Source: Octopus vulgaris (Eukaryota). From it: a stretch of 64,000 nt of DNA. Positions within the stretch are counted from its first letter, which is position 1. Every line of letters begins with the position of its first letter. This document shows, piece by piece, positions 37,251 through 50,682 of this stretch. Location: assembly GCA_951406725.2 (NCBI GenBank), contig OX597817.1:94984001-95048000 (forward strand). Reading direction: 5' to 3'. Under the pieces are notes generated by a model. It did no database searches. It saw only the letters and a program-made list of their open reading frames with translations, and was not told where the DNA came from. The position numbers were made by a program, and so were the translations under genes.

Positions 37251-38127
37251 AAATAGTTGGCATATATCTTAGACATAGTTGATATATTTATCTCAGATAT
37301 ATGGTTGATATTTCTGTTATATAGATGATATGTCTTACATAACTACCTGATAGATTTGTGTTAGATACATAGTTGATATTTGTGTTAGCAACACAAGTAG
37401 GTGCTACTTAAACAGTTGATATACTAGTTACATAAAACTTAGTTCTTGATGGGTAGACATACCAAATATTGACATCCACGGTGCGTCTATAATCCAACCA
37501 TGATAAGCTCTGTTAAAATTAAAGTGGACATGATATCAGACGGACAATGTTTTGACATTTTAGGGATGGATTATGTGGGATTTAAGGATGGTCTACTGTA
37601 AGATATGATCAAAGATTATATCTTGCTTAATCTCTTTCATAAATACTTAATCCGTTCCATAAATACTTCTAGATCAATTCTTAAAATATTTATAAACTGA
37701 TAAAGCACATTTAGTTGAGAAGACAAGTAAACTGCCAGCAAGCAGTGCCAGAAATCTGATTCCGATTTTCTGTTATGGCTATTTTCACTCTCATTGGCAA
37801 ATCCCTAGTAGAAAAAACTTCAACTCCCTTTGTATCTCTGTCGCTCAGTTTAACACCTCTACCTACAGTACATTTAGCGGAGTGCACTTTTTTGAAAGTA
37901 TTTGGATCAGGTGTCTTCCTTTCCTCTCTCAGGTTTGGTGGACCCGAAAATGTCATAGGTTCTCCACCTCCACCTCTGTTTAATTCATGAAAAGTAAAAA
38001 TTAAAATAAAAAACATTTTTAACTTTTAAAAAATGTTTCAGACCCTTTTAATCAAAATGACCAGCACTATAAGATTTATAAATGTTTTGTGAAAAGTCGT
38101 AGTACTAAATAAAAGTTGTGCTGTTTG

Positions 38128-38209
<82 letters not shown>

Positions 38210-38264
38210 ATGTGAATTGCCTATCAATATCAGCGACCTCGTGTCAGAATCATCATGTATACCA

Positions 38265-38420
38265 GGAAGTCACTCTTGGTTCACGATTATTCCTACTGGG
38301 TGAAGGAAGACTACCCACTGTTCGACGTATCTGTGGGGAGTTATAAAGGGACTGAAATCGCGGACTCCGTCAGGTTATTTATTCTCGAATCACACGCTCG
38401 CGCGCAAGCACATACCCGCA

Positions 38421-38462
<42 letters not shown>

Positions 38463-38630
38463 ACACAGCCCTCTGTGGGGAAGACGCAATCTCAAGCCAT
38501 ATAAACGGCTACGCCGTAGACAGCTTCAGGATGGATCTGATAAAGATCTTCAAAGAATTTAGCTAATCCATAGCAGTCTCCACCAATTTCACAAAGATCG
38601 AATACTTGGACATAGCCCGAGACCTGAGGA
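38265..38630 (+). pseudogene. Penelope-like (Naiad-type) RT fragment
   Basis: SLLVHDYSYWVKE..FDVSVGSYKGTEIADSVRLFIL...DLIKIFKEF*..TNFTKIEYLDI resembles the PLE FDVTMGSYDGAE / FLD motifs. Interrupted by (CA)n. Confidence 0.65.
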
Positions 38631-38634
38631 AGCT

Positions 38635-38995
38635 TGTTTTGCGGCATTTTGTCTGTCTTTACATTCCGAGTTCAAAATCCGCTGAGGTCGACTTTGCCGT
38701 TCATTCTTTCGATGCCAATAAAATAAGTTCCACCTGATAACTGGAGTTGATGTAATCGACAAGCCCCCTCCCCAAAAATTCTAGGCCTTGTGCCTATAGT
38801 AGAAAGCATTATTTATGGAACTATTAGGGCGAGCTGTCAGAAACGTAGCACGCCGGACAAAATACTCAGCAGCATTTCGTCTATCTTTGCCTTTCACCTT
38901 TTCGGGGTAGTTAAAATATGTACCAGTTGAGCAATGGAATCGATGTTACTGAGTTACCCCTTCCGCTATAATTGTCCCAAAATTTGAGACCATTA
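38635..38995 (+). mobile_element. Two adjacent OR1/OR2-like CORE SINE copies
   Basis: gagttcaaaatccgctgaggtcgactttgcc..gatgtaatcgac; the second copy starts ggcgagctgtcagaaacg at ~38828. Confidence 0.7.
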
Positions 38996-39489
38996 TTTAT
39001 GGCACGCTATATTTCAAGACAAAGAATATAGCATAAACAGCAAATACTCACACATGCACACACACACATACACACACGCACACACACACACACACGCACA
39101 CACACACACATATACACACACACATACAAACGCGCGCGCGCATGTACACATTGACTCATAGATAAAGGTGCTATGCGATGGAATCGAACCGGAACCAAAA
39201 TGAGTGTTCAGCTATGTACATAGTCATATCTGCACCTGTGTATGAGAGAGAGAGAAAGAGAGAGAGGGGGTGAGGGAGTGTGTGTAAGTGCGTGTGAGTG
39301 TGTGTGTGTGTATCTGACTGTCTGTATATATGTATGTATATATATGGAGAGTGTGCATGTGTGTGTGTGTATGTGTGTGAAAGAGTATGGAGAGAGGAAA
39401 AGCATATGAGTGTCCCATTAATAAAGCAGTATTTAAATATCTTGTATTTCGAACACTTGTCAAATTTATGAGACGTCCAGTGTTAAATG

Positions 39490-39693
39490 TTTCTTCCCAA
39501 ATTTTGGCAGAAGGCCAGCTAGTTCGGAGCAGTGGGTAGGTCGATTACATTGACTCCAATTACTCAACTGGTAACCTCGAAAGGATTAAAGACAAAGTCG
39601 ACCTCAGCGGAATTTGAACTCAGAATGTATGGACGGACGAAAAGCCGCTAAGCATTTTTCCCAGCATGCTAACGATCCTGCCAACTCGCCGCT
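39490..39693 (-). mobile_element. OR1/OR2-like SINE
   Basis: Reverse complement reads aggcggcgagttggcagg...ctgagttcaaattccgctgaggtcgactttg, matching 38635-38995. Confidence 0.75.
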
Positions 39694-40679
39694 TTAATGT
39701 TTCCTGTATTGATAATGAAAACCCTTAACTTTTGAGGAGTGGCGTATAAGTTATTTAATCAATTCAATATATCAATAAAACTTGTCCTAACGAGCTTGGA
39801 AGGATTAAAAACGGAAGATGACCTCAGTGAAAACTGAAATCGAACACATACATACACTATATACGACCAAAGGTTTTATTACATTACAACACCATATACT
39901 TCCTTAGATTCTGATACTGTACATCAGTGTTTTTGCTAATGTACCAATTATAGAAAAGGAACAAAGCTCTCCGTGGCTGAGATAATAGAAAGACTGTCAT
40001 AACTTGACAATGTAAAGTTCTTTGCAAATATTGCTTCAGTTTTTTAATGATATTTCGGGAAGTTTCTCCCATTGAAAATAATTTTTCTTCATAGTTTCTG
40101 TTTGTTTCTTTCTTTGCTTTGTTTTGCGGTTTTCTTTTGTTTTCGTTTTCTTTTCTTTTTTTTGTGGGGTGGGGTTGTGTGTGTGTTTGGATTTTTCTTT
40201 CCATCTTGCCAAGATTCTAAAAGCAGTTTACAGACTTTAAAGACTTTGATATTCCACTATCATTACATAATCCTTTGAAAGAATAGTGCAGTTTTGCTGT
40301 TTGACACTTTTTTCACAGATTCTAAAAGCATTTTAGCGGATTTTTGAATACATGAAATTCAAATAATAATTTTCGTTTTATTTTTTTCATCAGAAAGTAA
40401 TTTTCAAGACGGTTTACAAAATTCATACATAATATCTATTTTCTTTGTAAAATTGACTGAAAAAGAACATGCTTTCAAACTAAGATTTTTTTGAATGATA
40501 TATATACATGCATGGGTGTCTCTCTAAAAAACAACAGAGATAGAGGGGGATTGCAAATGAACCTAAGCAGTACAAGTTAGTTCAACCAGACGACATACTT
40601 TATCAATGAAAAAGTACAAAAAAATTAACGGGTTTTGGTGTTGTAATCTTACATCTATGGGAATAGATGTAAGATTACA

Positions 40680-42089
40680 ATATAGCACCTTTAGAGTCGT
40701 TTTCTCATGCCTTTTCCTGCTCAGATCCTTTTCCCGACTTTGTGTACGTCGGATGTTAGTTCATGCTCTCTGCGCCCTTGTCAGACACAACTTGCCTCTG
40801 TTCGATCCCAGGTTGGTCACGAAATTAATAGAGAAAATTATCTGTCCTAGGCAATGTGCCAGTATGCCGCATTGTCGCCGTTCTGGCTAATCTTAGTAAA
40901 TGCCCACGACAACAACGCCAGACACATTTCGCTTCTGCACTCCTTTCGAGGCATTTTCACACAAAATGCAATTCTGCAAGAAAACTTTTGCTGATATCAT
41001 TGATTGAGAATGTACACACTCACTCACCTCAGCTTATTCCAAAGCTGCAGGATTTTCACTCGCACTCATCTATATGCCCTTGCACGCTCACTCACTGCCT
41101 CAGTCACGCAGCGACTGACACATTCAGCACTCATGCGCACACACGTCCACTCTGCCTCAGTCGCGCACCGACTGGCATATTCTGCATCCTGTGCACGCAA
41201 AGTGACACCGCTATTCGGACTCACACGAATAGATACCTGTCTCGTATACATTCTCAGGATTCTCTCACCTGATATTCACAATTTTTCTCAGTATTGCATG
41301 CACATATATTTTGCTTTGTTTTCAAAACATTTTGCTCTATATTTTACCATTCTTTCGCTTCGCCTGTTAAGCATTCAATTGTTGTTTGTACATGCATTTT
41401 CAATTTCATATGCATCTGTATCGTTCGATCTCTTTGGCTCTCTCATTGGAAGCGGAGTAGTGTGGAAACCATATTTTATTTTCCGAATCTAAGGATTCTC
41501 GCTTGCCATTGGCTGACCAGGCTGGAAAAATTTCTTTGTCCTGTCACAGAAAGTTCAGATGGACATCAAGTGACCTAAATAGGTACAAGCCACTCTTATA
41601 TGGTATATCCATCCTTCTAGCTAGAATGGGCCTTTATAAATACGAGTTCCGCAGGAGATACGTACAATCAGCACTGTGATAGAGATGGTGAGCACTGTAG
41701 CGGAACGACATACAAGAGTTAGCAGTTGCAGACCACAGAACAGATCAGATAGAGAAACGATACAACAGAGGCGAATGACGAACGCACACACAGACACTTA
41801 ATATATCTTTGTACTATCTCGTCCCATCAATATTCTCTTTCCGTTCCTCCGTTTTTACTTCGCCGACGCGAAGTAGTTAGCTACATTATGTAGCGGCATA
41901 TTTGTTTCAAGTATCCAACAAAGTAAATACAGCTGTGACCAAATAAATAATGTAAACTACATTCCCATTCTTTCTTCATTGTTTCCCATCGATGCCGATC
42001 CAACATGCCTAACATCATCTGCTACACCCGACAACTTACATTGATCCCTCAATATCACATTTCGCTATATTTGGTGACCCTGGTGTGAT
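40680..42089 (+). mobile_element. Degraded LTR-element remnant: internal region, PPT, putative LTR (41461-~42069) and PBS
   Basis: 40720-40850 resembles 28330-28460. The purine tract GGAAGCGGAGTAG precedes TGT at 41461. AATAAA at ~41941. PBS-like TGGTGACCCTGGTGTGAT at 42072-42089. Confidence 0.55.
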
Positions 42090-42416
42090 ATGGCATGTCA
42101 CTTCAGCCGCGACACATTTTATTTGGTTAGATACAAATGTACATCTACTAAATATGGTCGATAGCGGTGATCATTTTACTTGTAGATCACGTCATATGAA
42201 ATTATTTTGGTGCACTTTATGTATCTGTATATATAAGGCAAGATGTGTGTGTGTGAGTGTGTGTGTGTGTGTGTGTACGTGATTGTAATTTATGCACATC
42301 CACAAATTAGCACGCATGTCGCTCAAATTTTAGGAGGACATTCGTCAATACTCTATCTGGGTTTTGTCAACTAATTTTTTTCCCGAGGCACCCACGGGTA
42401 GCGTAAAAATCTATTT

Positions 42417-42710
42417 TCAGCCATAGCTTTTTGACGGCGTCTAACAAAACAAAAATAGGATAAAGAAAAGTGGAAGAGAAGCAGAGCTTCACAGCGTCTA
42501 AACAAAAGAAAAGGGAAAGACAAAGTGAGAGAGAGAGAGAGTAAGTGACGACGTTCATAAAAAATATCAGCCATAGCTTTTTGGCGGCGTCTAACAAAAA
42601 AAAACAAGATAAAGAAAAGTGGAAGAGAAGCAGAGTTTCACAGCGTCTAAACAAAAAAAAGGGAAAGACAAAGTGAGAGAGAGAGTAAGTGACGACGTTC
42701 ATAAAAAATA
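42417..42710. repeat. ~150-bp tandem duplication inside an unclassified repeat
   Basis: tcagccatagcttttt..cggcgtctaac...gacgacgttcataaaaaata occurs twice. Confidence 0.85.
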
Positions 42711-43283
42711 AAATGTAAAATGTTTTGTTTTTTATTAAACACGTGATATAGTGTTCACATTCAGGATGTTTTTTAAAGACACTATATTTTATAATCATAG
42801 TATATATACTTTCTCACAGAACAATTACAATATATTTATTTTAAATCATTTATTTATTTTAAATCGTTCATCTTTTCCCCTTCTCTCTCTCTCACACATT
42901 ACTTTGGGTGCGAAAGAGTTTTGTTTTTATTTTACGCCGAGTAAAAAAGTGTTTTGTTGACAATCCATTTATCTAACAACAAAGAAACAAAGTCAGTGAA
43001 TTACACAATATAAATGGGTACAATTTGCGAGGCTTCCACCACACCCCACTCCGTTTCACGGACCACAAAAAGGGTTTTGTAGCATATTAGAAGACCAGAG
43101 AAGTTGATTCCACGCAAAAAAAAACGATTTTTTTTTTCTTAGTGAAAATCGTACAAGTGTTAATCTACAAATTTAATAACATTTTTTCCGTTCATTTCTG
43201 TTTATGAACATGTATGTGTGCACAAAACAAGCAATTGGTGTACGTACGTGTGTGTGTGTGTGTTCGTGTCTGTTGCCCATATA

Positions 43284-43328
43284 CAGTAATCCCTCGCCAT
43301 ATCGCGGTTCACCTATCGCGCACTCAGT
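43284..43328 (+). mobile_element. Tigger-like terminus fragment (longer copy at ~46183-46390)
   Basis: TA-CAGTAATCCCTCGCCATATCGCGGTTC, similar to the TIR at 19675. Confidence 0.65.
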
Positions 43329-43818
43329 GAAATTTACTATAGCGTCGTATATTATCGACTGCTATTTCTAGTAAATATTGGTGCATTGTTGTACCACTAT
43401 CCTATATTCATACTTTAACCTGATGGTGTTTTGTTTTACTGGGAGGTAATACTACTGTATTGCACTATTCCATGTTTTTTTCGTTCGGTTTCCTTGTATG
43501 TCTCCACTGTCCTGTTTTTGTTCCCAACTTTGACCCTCCATAAATCCTAAATTTTATTTTGGAATTTATGGGAGCAAACTGTCTCTGAAACTCATATTGT
43601 CGTTGAATACTCGAAATGAGGAGTAGGTAAACAGCCGACAACTGATGAAGCGTCGTTGTCTGTCTTTACTTGTCCTGTTTTCCATTTTTTCTCTCGTTGT
43701 TTGCGCATTTAACACGTTTACTTTCGTATCTCATATTGTTTACACAGTTGTTGACAATCCATTTATTTAACAACAAAGAAACAAAGAGGTAGTGAATTAC
43801 ACAATATATATATATATA

Positions 43819-44957
43819 CACAAAATGAGAAAATGGAGAAATATATATATATCATTCATCAACTATCAGATAATACCGAATCATATACTTTATTAAAACA
43901 CTACACAAGAGCATTAAGATTAGACAGCACAATAATTACAATCAGTATAAAGAGATATAACTAAATAAATATAACAAGGTATAAAAATACATATACATTA
44001 TAACTGACAGCTGTTTCGGCCATGCAGATATGTATGTCTCATTTAACCTATATTAGCCATATATTGCAGGTATAAATGAGACATTAACAAAATTATCTTA
44101 CGGCCTCTTCGGAGATTCTAATGTAAGTATGAGTACATACTCAAAAATCATTTACATACAAATATAAATATGAGTGCATATATACTCATTTCCACAGATG
44201 CATTCGATTTGCCTATACTTTTAAGTGGAAATTATTTGACTGATTACATATATATGCAGATATCTATTTGCCTTCAATAATACTATGGTGGTATTTATTG
44301 GTCTTCAGTGTTGCTAATATGTTGTTGTTAATTGTGAGATATAAGTATTGTTTGATTAGTAATGATGTTGTTAGTATAGCATTATTGACTTTTTGTAAAA
44401 TAACACTAATTAATATAATGAACTATTTACTATATATGTCTGCATCAAGGATGAATATATCTGTAATTTCTTAATATTGGATGATGAACTGTAACATTCA
44501 ATATAGAACATTATTATGTTTATTGATATATATTGATTTATATTATTTATTTATATTATTATGTATATATGTAAGGATATGAGTATATATGCACTCATAT
44601 TTATATTTGTATGTAAATGATTTTTGAGTATGTACTCATACTTACATTAGAATCTCCGAAGAGGCCGTAAGATAATTTTGTTAATGTCTCATTTATACCT
44701 GCAATATATGGCTAATATAGGTTAAATGAGACATACATATCTGCATGGCAGAAACAGCTGTCAGTTATAATGTATATGTATTTTTATACCTTGTTATATT
44801 TATTTAGTTATATCTCTTTATACTGATTGTAATTATTGTGCTGTATTAATGTCTAATCTTAATGCTCTTGTGTAGTGTTTTAATAAAGTATATGATTCGG
44901 TATTATCTGATAGTTGATGAATGATTTAGATATATTTCTCCATTTTCTCATTTTGTA
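43819..44957. repeat. Long inverted repeat (arms 43819-44189 and 44579-44957), probable inverted Penelope pseudo-LTRs
   Basis: The arms are near-exact reverse complements, and each carries a hammerhead-like motif. Confidence 0.9.
44651..44766 (+). ncRNA. Hammerhead-like motif with CCGAAGA core and extended stem II (inverted copy at 44002-44117, minus strand)
   Basis: CT-CCGAAGA-GGCC..~80 nt with internal hairpin ATGTCTCATTTA/TAAATGAGACAT..GGC(C/A)-GAAA-CAGCTG-TC-AG. Confidence 0.5.
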
Positions 44958-46007
44958 TTATTAATTTATGGTAAAAATAATTTTACCGTTGCCCACCTAA
45001 TACAGTAAATGAATTAATTGCATCGCAATTCTTAACATTTATGTATTAGCTTTGTTGGGTACTTATCTAGCAGTATATTGGATATATGTTATCCCATGGA
45101 GGGTTGAACTTACAACCCCTATCTCATTTTATATATATAAACCAATAAATATAAGTAGTTTACACTGCAGACAATTATTAAGTATGAACTTCTTTATTCA
45201 ATAAATGAAGCATAATTGTCAATCGTTATTTTTAGAATTTCAGTTTGTACTTTTCACATTTTTTAATATAATTTTATTATTTTATCGGGACATCTAGGTA
45301 CATCTTGGCGCGTACTAGTGTACCAAACTCACAGTTTTGGGAACAACGTTGTTTTTTGTCTTTGTTTTTTTTGGGGGGGAGACGCGTATTTGTAAATTGT
45401 TTGACTTTAATCTCTATTAAACCTAACGTCGTGATGTACCTCTGTAAATGACAGTATATACAATGGTCTCCATCGAACGTAATAAATAAAAACCTCTGCC
45501 AGGGATCTGACGTAAGAGGTGTAAAAAAAAAGGCTTTATCAGAAAGGTTGATATTCAATCCATTTAATAAGGTTTAATTTGGAATGGAGTTAGCTTATTT
45601 ACCTAAAGATAAGAGGTAAATAAATTTGGAGCAAAGTTTCATCACAGAAATTCTGACAATTAATAAATTCAATCTCTAGTGTACATCCAACTTGAAACTA
45701 CAAATTGGACACAATTTTCATAGAAAATATAAAGCCTCCACATCACAACAACCACCTCAGCTCTGAAGCACATTTATTTTCTCACAAGTCACTTCGAACA
45801 AGTGCTTATGAGGTTGCCCTCTACTTCTGTAGAGGGCACCCTCATAAGTTCGCAAATGCATTTAAAATTGTAATCATCTGCTGACAAATTTTGTAAAAAC
45901 CCTGCGTAAATTGTTTAAACTAGAAGACCAAACTAATAATTTAATATTAGTTTCATAATATATAAATTTAAAAACCTGAATAATCATCATTTGCTCGGCA
46001 CAGATAC

Positions 46008-46052
<45 letters not shown>

Positions 46053-47109
46053 AACAGGTGGTTATGTCTACATTTCACCACTGATATTAAATATGTTCCT
46101 CGGTACACCTCTACATGATGACACAACCTGTTAAAAATAATAGTTCCCAAATGACTCAATACTCGTCTAAAATAAAAGGAATACAGTAATCGCTCGCCAT
46201 ATCGCGGTTCACCTATCGCGCACTCAGTACATCGCGGATTTTTCTCGCTAATATATGTAATCTTATATCGCGGACATCGCAGTATATCCGAGTTTCTGAG
46301 ACCGATAGATATTTATATTTTTTAGATTTTAATTATTTCTGTGGGAAGTTTTGGAACGTAACACCCACGATAGTTGGGGAATTATAATCCAGTAACCATT
46401 GTGGTTGTAAATACACGAGGCCTGGGAAGAAACAGACGAGATCAACGTGACTGGAGCGCCTTCGATTATATGTATGTTCGACTGGAGCCGACTTTCGGTC
46501 AAACAATACAACGGTCTAAAAGTAAGAACACATTGGATAATATAGTTCAAGATAAACTATGTCTTGAGTATATCTAGATATGATGTCTAGGTATGATACC
46601 TATGCCTAGGTATGATATCCGCATGCAGCACAGTAGTTTAGTGATTATTGTCATTAGATAGACTATTAGCTCCTGGTCAACTACATTAAGCATGGTGTGG
46701 TCACGGATGGAATGTTTCTGCTAATAGATCTGTTGGAAAAAGACTGACTAGGGACGAAACAACAACAGCCAACCTAAAGATTGGTGGTTCGAACCTTTTT
46801 AGTTGTTAGCAGCAAATTTCATCAGGTAAATGTGGACAGTAAAAAACGGATATGTATTAGGTCGCATATGTATTAGCTCATCTGAAGACTGTTTGTAGTT
46901 GCTGTTCTTCATATAATTAGTTCTGTTGTTATAACTCATCTTTATGTTGTTCTTCTTGTTTTGATGATTAATCATATGCTAGGTATGTTTTAATTCAAAA
47001 TATGGATCCACACACACATCGTGATATTGAGTTAGAGTGTCTGATGTTGCAGTGGCGGTAGTGGTAGCGATGGTGTTGGTGTTGGTGATGATGACATCGA
47101 TGACGACAG

Positions 47110-48470
47110 TGACAATACCATCATAAAAACAATGCCATCAACACTACCAATGTTACCCACATTAACAACACCATCAAAATTAACACTAACAATACTAACA
47201 ACACTAGCAAAACCACTAAAAATACCATAAATACTAATAACTCCACCAACACTAATAATACCACCAACAAAACAATACTACAAACACTAACAACACCATC
47301 AACTCTAATAATACCACCAACACAAAGCAATAATCAACACTAATGATACCTCCAACACTAACAAGACCTCCAGCACTCACAATCCCACAACACCAATAAT
47401 TCGACCAATACTAACAAAACCACCAGCCCGAATACTACAATCATCACTAATAATACCAACACCTACAATACCACCAACACTAATATTACCACGAACACTT
47501 ACAATAACACAACAGCAATAATACCACTAACGCTAATAAAACCACTAGCACTAATAATACAACCAACACTAACAGTACTACCAACAATAATGATACCACC
47601 AACTGTAATAATAGCAACATCACTAATAATACCATCTATAGAGGGTTAGTGGCAGGTAAGTGCGACGGCGTTCTCAGGGAGATTCTGAGTGTCAACAAGA
47701 ATGAGTTGGCCGACATGTTCCGGAGAACTTTCAGGGCGAGGCCTACGGACAATTTCCAGAAATCCTTGGCCTGGCAGTGCAACCGGGGGGTACTGCCTGT
47801 TTAGGATAAACTCTCCAGGCACGGAAGTGCAGTCAGCCGGGCTTGCCCGAGATGTACACAGAGCGACGAAACCGTTTTTCACGCTCTCATCCAGTGCCCG
47901 AGTATTTCTGATTAGTGGGTTTATGTCGAACACCTGCTGTGGCATGTAGGACGGATCCGGCTATCGGCTGAATCCATTGTGAAGATAGTCCCGCCGCCTT
48001 CCTTTGGTCGAGAAGGATTGGCTGTTTTTCTTTGCCTGGTAGCCTTAGCGAAAGAGGTTGTGTGGTGGACTAGATTGAAAGGGCTGGAGACAAACACTTT
48101 CCTCTTTGTCCAAGACCTCTTCAACTTTTTAAGTTTCACTTGAAAAGAAAGTGAGGGTAGAGACGGAAGTTCTTCCCCCAAGCAATTTTGTTAAAATGTG
48201 AGCGAATGTCGCAAGAGAGGCCCGAGTGAATGGGCCTACGCCTGCAGACAGAGTGGAGAAAGCACTTAATACCACAAACACTAACAATCCCACCAGCTCT
48301 GATAATATCACTATCAAAAACAATACAACAAACACTAACAAAAGCACTAACATTAATAATACCAAAACACTAACAATAACCCCACAAATAATAATACCAC
48401 AAACATTATAAAACTATTTAAAATACCACTAAGACTAATAATACTCCCAGCACTAACGATATCACCAACA
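47110..48470. repeat. AAT/AAC/ACC-rich low-complexity tract interrupted by a Tx1 fragment
   Basis: Degenerate trinucleotide repeats at 47110-47635 and 48265-48470. Confidence 0.85.
47637..48245 (+). pseudogene. Tx1 ORF2 C-terminal fragment
   Basis: Matches 14551-15150 and 30981-31250 (tatagagggttagt.., aaatccttggcctggcagtg, gcgaaagaggttgtgtggtggac). Confidence 0.85.
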
Positions 48471-49392
48471 CTGTTCCGAACACTGTGATCTTTGGTCTCG
48501 CATCTACAACTATGTATGAATAATACATAGAACTATTGGATCAGAGCTCATCTGGGGGATGAAACATCATCAATAAGGGCAAGAACTACATTCATGCCTA
48601 CATGAAAATCTCTACAGTTGGGTATCAAAGACCACAGAAGAACTGTCACAATCAAACGCTTGCCTGATGTTGCTGAAAAGAGCTCACTGCTCATATGGGC
48701 GATGAGAAATGACTAATGGACCTACTTATGGATTCCATTGGTTATTTACAAGAATAGAGGAATGTAGATAACTGGTTCCTTCGTCGGTCAGAGTGGCCTA
48801 GTGGGATGAAACACAGACCTGGGAATACAAGTTCACAAAAAGAGCGACCCAGGTTCATTCCCGCTGGAAACAGGATTTTGGAAAGCAGCAGGAAGACACC
48901 TAGTAGTCATGACCTGGGTGGGCCCGGCTCCTGTTGGGCCGAAATACTTGTCGGACGGGAATTCTTCCTCTTAAGATCTCTCCTGCTGTGCACTCGCCTT
49001 GCAGCAAGTTTTTTGTTATTTTTTGTTCTATCTTCAGGCCCAATCATGAGGAAACAGTAAGCAAATTTCCATCACATTACGCAGTATCATCTGAAAAAAA
49101 AACTTTAAGGATCACAGCTAGTATGCCTTTGATCACAGATCTCCTAGATCGGGGCCAAGCTAGGGTTAACTAACAAGCGATAAGAACACAAACTTCCTAC
49201 CTTGTTGTTTGCAGCTGTAGTAAAACACTCAACTGTCCTCCATGTGGTTTACAGATTTCCAATGACACTAATGGGAAAGACCAAAACACCGCTGACAGGA
49301 CACGCCTCACACACCACCACTTACCTGACTACCTACTTAACCAACCAACCAGCCAACCAGCCAACCAGCCAACCAACCAGCCTACCTACCTA

Positions 49393-49423
<31 letters not shown>

Positions 49424-49760
49424 CATACATACATACATACATACATACATACATACATACATACATACATACATACATACATACATACATACCCCACCTG
49501 CCCATATCATTCGTCAACCACCACTGCCGCCTACAGCCACGCATAAAAATACTGTTGGTGGTGGTTGAGGAAGTGGTCATCGTCGTCGTGGTAATAGGGG
49601 TTGGCAGGTGGACGGAAATGGAATACCGCTGTGAGCAAGTATCGTAGAGGTGTAGGGATAGTGGTACAGAAAGTTTGTACTGCTAAGATTGCGTTGCCAA
49701 CGGTAACTCACACACGCATACAGATTTGAAAGTGTAATATATGTTTAGATGTGTGTGAGT

Positions 49761-49838
<78 letters not shown>

Positions 49839-49966
49839 GCGTGTGTGTGTTTGTGTGTGTGAGTATGAAACACACGTACTGACACGCAGATAGACACAAA
49901 TGCAGACATATACACACATACGAATATGTGTATGCTTTCATATATATATATATAATGCTTATACAA

Positions 49967-50068
<102 letters not shown>

Positions 50069-50179
50069 TATATATGACCAACATATATATGCATTTATAG
50101 TTGTGTGTTTATATATGTGCGCATACATGTTTTTGTGTGTGTGCGCGTTTATATATACGTGTTTATATATATATAAATA

Positions 50180-50625
50180 TGTGGTAAGAAGCTTGCTCCC
50201 AACCACATGGTTCTGAGCTCAGTCCCACTGTGTGGAATCTTAGGCAAGTGTCTTCTACTATAGCCTCGGGCCGACCAAAGCTTTGTGAGTAGATTTGATA
50301 GATGGAAACTGGAAGAAGACCGTCGTATATATATGTGTGTGTGCGTGTGTGTGTGTGTATGTATGTATGCATGTATGTACGTATGTACGTATGTATGTAT
50401 GTCTTTGTGTGTGTCTGTGTTTGCCCCCCTGCCATCGCTTAACAACCGATGCTGGTGTGTCTGAATCCGGGTAACTTGGCGGTTCGGCAAAGGACACCGA
50501 TAGAATAAGTACTGGGCTTAAAAAGAATAAGTCCTGAGGTCGATTTCTACAACTAACACCCTTCAAAACGGTGCTCCAGTATGGCCGCTGTCAAGTAACT
50601 GAAACAAGTAAAAGAAATAAAAGAA
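50180..50625 (+). mobile_element. OK-like SINE
   Basis: tgtggtaagaagcttgct..agtcccactg..ggtgctccagtatggccg..gaaacaagtaaaagaat. Confidence 0.85.
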
Positions 50626-50682
50626 ATACATATACATACATAAATACACACACACACATATATGTATGTATGTGTGTGTACC

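Noticed and set aside
48785-48875. A-box/B-box-like motifs suggesting a tRNA gene
   Set aside because: I could not fold a convincing cloverleaf; more likely a decayed SINE head.
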